DNA from: Haliotis rufescens
Taxonomy: Eukaryota
Length of the DNA: 64,000 bases
NCBI RefSeq assembly: GCF_023055435.1
Contig: NW_025964001.1
Coordinates: 21,328,001 to 21,392,000 of the forward strand
Direction of reading: 5' to 3'
This document shows, piece after piece, positions 48,350 to 64,000 of this stretch (positions within the stretch are counted from its first letter, which is position 1; each line of letters starts with the position of its first letter). The notes beneath the pieces are model-generated. The model worked only from the letters and a program-made list of their open reading frames with translations, ran no database searches and was not told the DNA's origin. The position numbers were made by a program, and so were the translations under genes.

Positions 48350-51300
48350 ATGGCAGATACACAAACATCACAGACCTCCTCAATGGAATCGTCACAAACG
48401 CCACAAGAAGACAGTTTCATACCAGCGAGAAGAAAAACAAGGAAACGAAAGATGAAGGAAGATGATTCAAAAGAAGAACGTGAAATGGATACTTCAGAGT
48501 CAGCCCCCAAACGTCCTAGTTTTCCTCCCATTAGCAGTGATAAATTGATGGTAATATCATTGACAACCTCTTCATTGAAAATGATGTTATACAATTTTTA
48601 ATCTTAAAATTTGATACATGTATTGTATCCGCCCCTTGTACATTCGATGTCGATGGGAGATTCAGCCTACACAGAATGCCAAGCATAGCCAACCGTCTCA
48701 TAAAGGCACCGTGAATTTAACTGGCGAAAGTGGGTGCAGGCTAAGACGGCACTCAACAAAACGGCACAGATTTCTCTGCGAAATCGGCACCTCTATTTTT
48801 AATAACGATAAGAATGATGTATGTGGTAGTGGTCCGTTTTGAGTGGCACCCATTAATTCACCATTTTATCAAATGGTATCATGTAACTTGTGCATAAGCT
48901 GGTGTGGGCCATCATGGCTACAGGAGATACCATCATGACCAGATTGATGTTACCTGATTTGGCCTTATCCATTCTGTCATAAAATCTTGTTAATCTGGAA
49001 AACCCTGTTTTCCAGGCCTTTAATGTTGGGAAGTGCCATACTTAGTTGTTCAAGTGTCATGCCTTCCTATGATTTGTGGGCCTAGAAATTGGTTAATCCA
49101 GATGATTTCACTGGGAATGGTACCATCCAGATTAGCAGGGTTTAACTGTACACCTGATTTGTCTGATGTAAGATATGTAGATCTGTATGCAGTACCAAGT
49201 TAGCTGTCTCCTGTAGCGTAATTAAGATAATTAGTAGCATTTTATATAAAGTGTCTTTGTGTTAAAGAACTAGTTCTGTGGTTTGCTAATCTCAGTAGAA
49301 TGTTTGCTCAGAAGAGTCAGCACATATATGCATTGTGATGGATCTATTTCAGGGTGGTTCAACAGAAATGAGGAAGATTCCCATCCCACAAAACAGATAT
49401 ACTCCACTCAAGGAAAACTGGATGAAAATATTTACACCAGTGGTTGAACACCTACACCTACAGATCAGGTTCAACTTGAAGTCACGAAATGTTGAAATAA
49501 AGGTAAGTGAACAAAACCAAAACTGAAGTTTTATGTTATTTTTACATTTGTTACAAAACAATGGGAGTTCCATGTATTGTCCTAAAAGTAAAACTTGTTT
49601 CACTTTTAGCATGATCATTATGCTTTGTTTGAAATAAGTTTGAAATGAATAAGTGAACAGGGTTTTCCGTGACTCACAAATGTGAGTCCAGTACACACAA
49701 ATGTTGAGAATGGCCTCAGAAAAAAAAGAATATACTGCACCCCGAAGGACACACAATAATATTCATTGTACTTACAGCACATCAAGAGCAGTTATGGATG
49801 TCTGTCATTTCATTCATCAATCATAACCACTGTCCATATGATCTTTGATTCATTCCAGGCTTTAAAGTAATTATTAAGATGTACAGTTGCTACACCATTT
49901 TGTTACTTTCCAGGACCCTCATATTGCCTGCAACGACCCTTAAAATTAGTTATTGGGGGTCCAGAGGACCCCCACTTTCGTAAGTCAAGGTAAAGCCCTG
50001 AGTTAATGTATCCTCCTTATATACATTTGAAATTATGTCATGTTCTAAACTTTACAGACTTGCAAGGAAACAAAAGATATAGGTGCTCTCCAGAAAGCTG
50101 CAGACTTTGTAAAGGCATTTGCCCTGGGATTTGAAGTAGATGTAAGTGTTAACTTATATCTTTAATAAGTTTTTAATGAATTTGTAGTTAAATACCATGC
50201 ATTTCAGTGACAAATTTAAGATGTAAATATAATTTGTTTAGTTCATGTTTCCCCATGAGGCACTATTGTTGGAATAAGGTTATTATGATGTTGATAAATA
50301 CTGTTTTCATGTGTCAGTGTACATGTTATTATGTTAACAGTATGCCCTTAATGAGCATTGTCTGAGGTTTCTATTAATGTCGCAATTGAAGATGTTTTAA
50401 AATGGTCTCAATAAATGTTCCCATCGTTTCAGGATTCCCTTGCTCTTGTGAGGCTGGATGATTTGTATCTAGAGTCATTTTCTGTAACAGATGGTAAGAA
50501 TATGTTTTATTTTATAAGATATCAAAAGCCGCCCCATGAAATAGGACTGCTTACAGTATTTCTTAGAATTTGACCACTACTGACAGTCAATTAAGCTCAT
50601 GTCTTGCCACTTAGTCCTTCGTCCATCCAGTTGTCCGTCAATTGTGGACTTTTGCATTTTTTACACTGTTGCCATTTTACTTCTTGAGACTTGGGTATTT
50701 TGGGGATCTTAAAGAAGTTGTCTTGGTTAAGATCAAGATCTGGAAGTAATGTTTTTGGACTGGATGTACATGTTGGTACATTAAAACTTCTAGGCTTTGA
50801 GTAAATGGCAGTGACAGGGCTGCTTCTGTTTGTGTAAGTAAATGCAAACAGCTCTAGTTTAATGAAGATGTAAAACCAGCACCAATCTGAAACAACACTG
50901 AAAAATATATGAAATTAGAATTCTTATGTATTTCACATGCTTTCAGTTAAGTGTGAAAGCGCAAGAGACAAAATATTGAGCGTGATATCAGTATTCCAAA
51001 ATAATTGGAAAGTTGTGCATGCATTGAAGAAGAATTCTGTAAACTAAGTAACAGATAAATTTTGGTCAAACCTCAGATGATACATATTCGGTCATATTCG
51101 GTAAATGATGTGTGTCTGAAATGTTTTCTTGACAACTTAAATGTTTGTCTTTCAAATTTGATTCTTATTAAATGTCATAATGTGTTTGTTTTTTCAGTAA
51201 AACCCTTGAAGGGTGACCATCTTGCCAGGGCTATAGGAAGACTGGCAGGGAAAAATGGCAAGACAAAATTCACAATTGAGAATGTCACAAAAACTAGGAT

Positions 51301-52562
51301 TGTCCTAGCTGATACGTAAGTTTTGACATCTTTGTTAACCAGAGTGTGATATACTTTTGAAATGTAAGAAATTTCATCAAAGATGCTGGAATATGATTCT
51401 TCTGACTTGTTCATAATAAATATGTTTGAATTATGTTGGTGTTTTTTAGGTCAGATAATATATCTGATGGAGGTTTTACTCATTAATTTAATCAATGCTA
51501 TTTTTACTTTTACAGGAAAGTGAATATCCTTGGTTCCTATCAAAATATCCAGGTTGCAAGAAGAGCAATATGCAATCTCATATTGGGTATGTTCTGTACA
51601 TGTTTATGCCATTAACTTTGTTAACGTGTTCAAGATATTCTCTCAACCGTGCCATGACCCTGTAGTTCACAGGGGCACTGGTGTCCCAGTCGCTATTCAG
51701 AGATGTGTCCCTTGGCCACAACAGAAACGTATGATCATGGGTTTTAATCCTGATTCTAGGTTTGTCCGCATCATACCCATGCTTGTGGGTTGCACCAAAG
51801 TGGTAAACATCTGAGACCTGCATCACTTTGGGCTTTCCTCCCACATTAAGCTGATACACCATGATATAACAGGAATAACTCACTCTCACACTGAAGATCA
51901 GCAGTAAAAATAGGGTACCTGGTACCCCTTGCTGGTCTCCTGGTGGGTGAATAGGTCCCTGGTACCCCATGCTGGTCTCCTGGGGGATGAATAGGTCCCT
52001 GGTTACCTATGCTGGTCTCCTGGTGGGTGAATAGGTCCCTGGTTACCTATGCTGGTCTCCTGGTGGGTGAATAGGTCCCTGGTACCCCATGCTGGTCTCC
52101 TTGGGAGATGAACAGGTCCCTGGTACCCCATGCTGGACTCCCTTGGGGATGAATAGGTCCCTGGTACCCCATGCTGGACTCCCTGGGGGGTGAATAGGTC
52201 CCTGGTACCTCATGCTGGTCTCCTGGTGGGTGAATAGGTCCCTGGTTACCCTATGCTGGTCTCCTGGTTGGTGAATAGGTTCCTGGTACCCCATGCTGGT
52301 CTCATGGGGGAACCACTTTCATCACCTGAACAATTAAATGGTCACTAAGTAGTCCTGAAACATGACAAACAATAAAGAAGTGGTTATCCATAAAAAGTTC
52401 CATGTCTTTAAGTTCAAGTGTTGGTGTGACGTTTGTCCACATTTGCATGCATCGGAGTGAAAATCTACAGCTTGTACCTTTCCTCTGTTTGCAGGGAGTC
52501 CTCCATCCAAAGTTTATGGCCAGATGAGGAGTGTTGCTTCCAGGTCGGCAGAGAGGTTCTAA
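48350..52562 (+). CDS. PNO1: RNA-binding protein PNO1 (Dim2), 40S biogenesis KH-domain factor; complete 7-exon CDS, 250 aa
   Basis: Exons 48350-48550, 49353-49502, 50058-50141, 50433-50493, 51198-51315, 51516-51586, 52495-52562. Motifs [70 protein letters not shown]. Confidence 0.96.
51912..52305. repeat. 40-bp GC-rich minisatellite, ~10 units, PNO1 intron 6
   Basis: Unit GGTACCCCATGCTGGTCTCCTGGTGGGTGAATAGGTCCCT. Confidence 0.93.
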
Positions 52563-53370
52563 ATAAATTATTGTTGCCATCTTATGCTTTTGTTTTGATT
52601 ACAGTAATAGAAAACCATGTTTTCTGTTAGATAAGTGTGTCAACTGTTTGGTGTAAAGGATCACGGAACTCCTTCACTCTATACATAATAAGGGAAGAAA
52701 TTGTTCCTTTAGGCTTTTCAAAAGATGTCTTTTTCATAAGGTTTTACTTGTTTTGTTATCAAAGTTAACATGTGTTGGTTGGGTAGCCTAGTGGCTAAAG
52801 TGTTGGGCTGGCCATGCTGAAGACCAGGTTCAATGTCCCGCATGAGTAAGGTGTGTGAAGCCCATATCTGGTGTCCCTTGCTGATGTGCTTGAAAATTGG
52901 CCTAAAGCTCGACTCTTATACGATGAAAAGGCTGTAACCTTAAGCTGCATTTAACTGAAAGCACAAGATGTCCGTGACACATGGTTTGTTCTCATCCAAA
53001 ATAACCAATGTATAACAAAACGGCTGAGTAACTGTTAAGACAGTTTTATTTGACATGATAGTTGACAAAAAATGATCACTCTCTCACTCTTCATGATACA
53101 ACTATCAAGCTCTCACGTCACACACAAACCACGCAATCAGAACACTTCCTGAGGTGGCTCTACCATGACTATACATTGTCCAGCTACATAGTCAGCACTT
53201 GGCCAGCCTTGCTCCTCCTTAGAAGGCTAGAAACTTGGAACTACAGGGTTACAACATATGTGGAGTTGTAACTTTCAATTGTTATTGGTACTTAAAGCAA
53301 CCAAACCTTTAGCAGAAGGTTGGGTTAATATTTAGTTACCTTGGCCTATCAATACATTCATGCAGTCTTA

Positions 53371-53500
53371 TATACTACTCAAAAGAAGTTAAGGATCACC
53401 TGGTTCTTTCATATTACTATAGTTAATCTATCATGTCATGACATTAACTTTTCCATTATGAAAGAATCGGGTGATCCTTAACTTCTTTTGAGTAGTATAT
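53371..53500. mobile_element. ~130-bp palindromic Tc1-like MITE
   Basis: TATACTACTCAAAAGAAGTTAAGGATCACC ... GGTGATCCTTAACTTCTTTTGAGTAGTATA. Relatives at ~38003, 44850 and 56003/56275-56390 (split by a SINE). Confidence 0.8.
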
Positions 53501-56500
53501 ATAATGGTCACAACTCTAGTCAGAAAGTGGTTGTAGATAAGACATCTGGGATATTCCAAGCGGAAACTGCAGACATATTGCCAGTAGAGTATATCTCAGA
53601 ATCTTTAGAGAATTATTTTAACTGTGTTAATTCTGAGTGCATACAATGGAGAATACTTCGTTGATGAAAATATATGGGAGGTTGTCTGAATGGTCTACCT
53701 TAATACAGCAGTCAAAACAACAGCATCTATCCGTTAATGTTGTGAGTTGGGAAGCAACAGTGAAGCCAATCACATTCTAAGACAACACATTGAAAATGTT
53801 TTTGAATAATGGACAAGAAAACTGAACCATTTTTAAAACTGACACATTCACTCCTTATGCATAAGTGGGTGAGATGCTTTGAGCAAATATCAGCTGGTTC
53901 AGGTTACCATAGTTACAACAAATAATTACTTAACTCTTTGGTCATGGGGCTCAGAGATATATAAAAAAAGAACGAGGATAAAAGGCTACAGTTTTCATCC
54001 CAGCACCATTTAGGGTGTAATGATTTGAATGTTTACTGACTGCATAACGTCCACTTACAAATGGTAGGACATTGCAGTTTATGAATTAGAAATGAAATTG
54101 ATGAGACACAAAATATAAAGATACCTCAATTTTTTTCTACATATTACTAAAGAATCTGTTCTGAGTGAGTGAGTTTGATTTTACTCCGCTTTTAGCAATA
54201 TTCCAGCAATATCACGGCGGGGGACACCAGAAATGGGCTTCACACATTGTACCCATGTCAGGAATCGAACCCGGGTTTTCAGCGTGACGAGTGAACGCTT
54301 TAACCACCAGGCTACCCGACCGCCCCTGAATCTGTTCTGAAGAAAAGATTATACATATAGATGCAGAAGTTGTGCAATTTGTTCCTAGAATGAGGTACAT
54401 CACAATTTTAATATACAAAAGATGTATAGAACCTGTTAGTGCTGCTTCACATGTAACTGGTTTGGCTACAACATACGACACACACCTACAATACAACACC
54501 CAAATATTGCTGTGTTTCTCGCCTTTCACCATGATGCATCGTGACAGAATCACCATGGTTTCAGTCTTCCACATCCCTCGAATAACTTCATCACATGTCA
54601 CTGACAAAGATACAATTTGTTACCTAGTAACCATGACGATTTAACTGTTAGTAATCAGTTGAATCTGGACCTTGCAGATTCAACTTAGCTTGCCAACAAT
54701 GATCAAAAGGTATATCTTTGTCAATCTCAGCCAGAGCGATACACAGTCATGATACAATGCATAAGATAATTTGTTCATGAAATGCTAGCTTGTACAGAGA
54801 CAAACCCTTTCAGTTTCACCATAACAATGGAAAACCAAAGGTCATGTCTGTCCAACAGAATCCGTTTCCAAAACACTGTCGGGAATGCTAGAAAAATGCT
54901 TTTTGACATTTAAATAATTCTAGCATTTAAGACATTTTACAACTGAAATGTTGAGTTACTACCAGTCAATCTACCTGAAGTTTGAACTATTTCATTGTCA
55001 ATATATTCTATCTGCAATTTCACAGGAGAAGAATTTGCACTAAAATTTAAAAAAAGAAAGTGGCGAGGTCCAACAATGACCGAAAGCTGAAAGACTGGAA
55101 ATATGCAAATGCAGCCTATTTTCAGTAGTAATTTACACTTCATTAAATGTCTTATTCACAAAAATAAAATACTAGGTGTTCATAATAAGAAATATACACA
55201 ATCGCCAAACACTCCTATGATGGGTCGGGACAGGTGTTAGTTAATCACCTCTAGTTACAGCTTGGCTCAAAAACAAGTCACAAACAGGACTTATATTTTA
55301 CCTGTAAATATATTTTAAGAATACTCGTTTTCAATACGAAAGGCTAGATTAGGTAGATTTGCTTTATTTTGACATATTTTTCATTTCCTATAAATCTTAT
55401 TCATCAAACATTTTTCTAGCATTTCCAACAGTACTTTAGTACCAAATGTCAGTGTCCTGTAACTTCAAGACAACAATAATACATGAGATTGACGATTGTA
55501 CTTAAAATCAACCCGAAATGCCTGACCTGAGTGTCGACCCCATCAGTCAGTGGATCCTTTATCAGTAATTCAATTTGAAATGTTAATAACTTTGGATACA
55601 CATTTGGTAGATCAAGAGTCTAGGGTTTATGCAGATCGTAGACATTATCCAGTGTTTCAAGCACCCGTATTTAAGACCAAGAATACACCACAGCATCAAT
55701 CTGCAGAATAACGATGCATCAAATTTAAAACATTTAATCTATGTACTAACTAAAGCAATTTGCAAAGTAAAATCCTGGTTAGTAACAAAAGAACACCGGC
55801 AAGCTTTCTGCTTCTAATTACTCCCTTTAACATGGCGGTGCCATTTTCATGAAATGTATGCACTAAAGAAGACTTGTCAATGAAATTCAAGGACTTTACA
55901 AGCACTTTCCCCCAAACCTCAGAATAAACGCTTAGGAAGTCTTGTGAATGCAAACATGTTTCAAACAGTGCACTCTGGCCATTAACATGATACAGCTAAG
56001 TATACAACTCAAAGAAGATAAGAGTGAGTGAGTGAGTGAGTGAGTTGGGTTTAACGCCGCTTTTAACATTATTTCAGTCATATTGCGGCGTGTCAGCTTA
56101 ATGTGGGAGGAAAGCCCGAAGTGATGCAGGTTTCAGACGTTTACCACTTCGGTGAAACCCACGAGCACGGGTATGGTGCTGACAAACCTAGAAACATAAT
56201 TGGGGCGAACCGGGATTCGAACCCACAATCATAGGTTTCTGGCATGCCCAAGGGACACAACTCTGCACAGCGAATTATGATCAACACCTGATTATTTCAC
56301 ATTACTATAATTAATCTGTCATGGTATGACAGATCAACTATAGCAATATGAAAGAATTGGGTGGTCCCTTACTTCTTTTGAGTGGTATACATAGAGAATC
56401 TTATCTGCCGAGTTTAATCTTGTTGTAATACACTAATGAAGAGATTCAGCCATAAAATAACTGGGCAAGTACCACATACAACAAAGCAGGTGAAAATATA

Positions 56501-58341
56501 TCCATGTTTCTTGCCAATAACTCTAAAAAAGTGACATTTGTTTTAACACCCGCTGGCCCTGTCATATATCAACCTCCCAAAATGGTTGTTACAAAAAATG
56601 CTTTCTAACGTAAAAAAACCATATTGGTTGTTTATAAATGAACACATTTACTTTTTCATTGATGATACTGTGCTAAACATTTAGATTCATGAGGTGATCA
56701 GTAAGAAATCTTAAAAACAATTCATGGTCATTGGTGAGGAAAAGGAAGACCTGCCATTTTGAAAATAGATAAGCACTTTGAACGCTCAATTCAAATTGGC
56801 TCGACTGTTTGTGCATTATAAGGGAGCTGAAATTAATATTTGTCTGTTTGTTGTTTAGCTTCACACTCAGCAATATTCCAGCTAAATAATCAAATCTGGC
56901 CCAGACAATCCAGTGCTTGACACTGTATATTGATGGACGCAACTGGGATACAATGACATGCATCAACCAAGTAAGCGAGTCTGACCACCAGAACTGAAGC
57001 TATAAATTAGGGAAGCAACTTAAAAGTGGTTTTATCATTGAATCTATCTGAATCAATCTATCTGAAGTACTAACGTTCCAGTGGAAAAAATGGGTACCAG
57101 GTAGTTTCCAATAAAAAGGGAGTTCAGTAAAATAATCTTTAAATTAATATGATTGCAAGTTGAGACATGCTTGTACAGCATATTCACCTGCACACTTAAA
57201 TGCACTGCATAAAGAGGGACAATTTTAAATACTTATGGTATGGACTGATATGACGAAAGTTCATCTGATCACAAACTCACCAATTCTCCTGTTTGGTCTC
57301 ACTCATGGATCATGCCAATCAAGAGACAAATGCAACAAAAATCCTTAAAAGTAAACCCTAACTAACAATAAATAAAACTGCTAGCATGTATATTTATATA
57401 ATATAGTATATTATTATGGTTATGAAAGTTTGATACAGTTAACTATTTTGTACAATGGTATACTACACCATCTTTTGTAAACAACAAACAGGTTAAGGTT
57501 AAACAATTTTTTGTAAAACAATTATTAGGAAACCATAAGCACACTTTAAAAATGTTTGAGGTCCATAAAATTTAAGAAGAAAAAAATGTAAATGTGTGAA
57601 ATAAGACTTGAATTAAGACCAGCAACTTACTGGTAAACCGTACGCCAATGCAGGTTTGCTTGGCATGTATTAATGTAAGCAGAGTTAGCTCCCCTTGGTG
57701 GCTCGCCTGTCTTGGGAGGCTCGCTCGGGTTTCGCGCTTGTTTCGAGGGTTGCCACTAAATGTCATCAAGTGTTTGCCTGTGTCCTGTCGATGTGTGACA
57801 AGTGTATAGTTGCTTCTAACCTAACTGGCGCTACTGGAACAAAGTAGTGAGAGCCACTTGTAAAATGACAATGGTGTACCAGTAATTCCTCTGAACGGGT
57901 ATGACCTGAATATATATCAAACTACATGATATTGGAATGAGATGACAGACACATATTAACCCCCAAAAAAGTCAGAATGAAAATGGTAGAAAAAAGTTTG
58001 TATCACAGACTATTGCTGAAAAAAGAGAAAAGAAAATTTTAAGAAAAACAAAAAGAAGCACTTGTTCATTGAACTGAGTTTTCCCACACAATTCCAATCT
58101 GAATCATCAAGCAATTGTCCATGGCATTGGCTGCAACACACCAGGATCTATTGATGAAGGTTTGCTGAGAAGGTGACCATGTGAGCAGCATATTGGACTC
58201 ATCTCTCTGTCGTTGGTATTCTTGACTTTTGGACACGTATTCATGGTATAAGTTGCCTTCTGGAAGAGGCTGGTTTAAGTACTCTCAAGTAACTAGACTG
58301 CTAGAAGGATGGGTTATTTGATAGTCTATCTCTTCCTATAG

Positions 58342-62919
<4,578 letters not shown>

Positions 62920-62958
62920 TTACAAAATTACATTCATTTTGACATTCATTATGTTAGT

Positions 62959-63330
62959 ATACTTACCCTGACACAACATGATGCAATTTCCTTCACTTCG
63001 ATCATATAACAGAACACAAAACCTGCCTCTTCCTCATCTCTGATGGCTGTTACCAATCAGAGTTATCTGTCCTTCATCTAACATGCAGAGCTATGCTTTA
63101 TGGTCAGGTACCTCCGACGCTTCTGATACATGACCCCTGGCAGATCAGAAGTTCAAGTCAAGAGCCCAACAATCACTCAGAATATTTTTTGACAACACGA
63201 GCAAGTCACATCATTCATAAACAAGAGCTCAACAATCCATCATGAGGTTGTTGAGACAATCTTAGTCACCCAGTCGAAGATGATTGAAGTGAAGAAGGAA
63301 ATTGCAATTTGCTGCGTCAGGATAAGAAAT
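62959..63330. mobile_element. Degenerate foldback/MITE in a KAT5 intron
   Basis: CTTACCCTGACACAACATGATGCAATTTCCTTCACTTCGATCA is inverted with TGATTGAAGTGAAGAAGGAAATTGCAATTTGCTGCGTCAGGATAAG. Confidence 0.55.
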
Positions 63331-63804
63331 AATTTGCAAGTGTTGACATTCTCTGTGAATGAGCGAGTCAATGTTTCTTTATCCTATTTTTGAGAGGTGA
63401 GTGACTTGTTCCCCTTTGATGTAGTGGGCACAGCAGATGGTTGGATGATCGCATCAAAAAGTAGGAGAGATATGGAATTTTATAATGGGAAAAAATGTAG
63501 ACAATGGGCATCAACTGTTTTTATGTTGGTAAGAATATTTAGGAAATACCAAAATTATCACCCCTCCCCCCCTCAAAACAAGGACTTAACCAACATTGCC
63601 AAGACCGCATTGTATTCTGGGAGTCATCATTATATAACGGTAAATATGGGTAAATATCCTTAAAGAGGCTGTAAATAATGTTGATATCTCATATAAGAAA
63701 CAAGCCGCTCGTGGTTGTAGTTTCATCGAACTTGTGCCCCACATGGTTTATTATCCCTGCAGTGTTTTATGATACGAAAAACAACTCCCCCTCCTCATTG
63801 GTTA

Positions 63805-63933
<129 letters not shown>

Positions 63934-64000
63934 TCATAAAAAACACTTTGCTACATTTGGACACATGGTTTCCAAAAATAACATTCACTTCAAAATAACA

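Noticed and set aside
57735-57772. Hammerhead, C/D-box or SECIS motif (UUGAUGA...GAAA)
   Set aside because: The core is not CUGANGA, no stem II/III or D box forms, and KAT5 is not a selenoprotein.
62959-62975. ATACTTACC resembling the U1 snRNA 5' end or a KAT5 donor
   Set aside because: No further U1 similarity; it belongs to an inverted-repeat element and gives no MYST-like translation.

Overview
Eukaryotic, AT-rich, intron-containing animal DNA. It is most likely molluscan (the SINE families and pearl/HINE-type repeats suggest an abalone-like gastropod; this is inference). Four host genes can be built by hand with GT-AG exons: exon 1 of mitochondrial acetyl-CoA synthetase (ACSS1-like, minus strand, intron 1 apparently running off the left edge), a complete 12-exon kaptin gene (KPTN, KICSTOR subunit, minus, ~538 aa), a complete 7-exon PNO1 (plus, 250 aa) and the last five coding exons of KAT5/Tip60 (minus). 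KPTN and PNO1 are head-to-head, 161 bp apart; KAT5 converges on PNO1. The rest is transposon-rich. It holds a young 5'-truncated L1/Tx1-type LINE and an old ~12-kb Gypsy LTR element (LTRs, tRNA-Leu PBS, PPT) packed with nested BEL/Pao, Ngaro-like, MITE and satellite sequence. There are also four SINE-like families with related 3' tails, two TIR families with 9-bp TSDs (one with a RecQ-like remnant, AcademH-like), a HINE/pearl element and several minisatellites. Best leads: (1) a non-tRNA short retroposon whose 5' end folds into a pseudoknot and may be a self-cleaving ribozyme; (2) a ~90-aa low-complexity insertion with basophilic kinase motifs in kaptin; (3) the KPTN-PNO1 bidirectional promoter; (4) a tandemly duplicated Ngaro/Gypsy chimera; (5) satellites traceable to transposon sequence. 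No prokaryotic systems or CRISPR arrays were seen. Everything was read by eye and no database searches were run.
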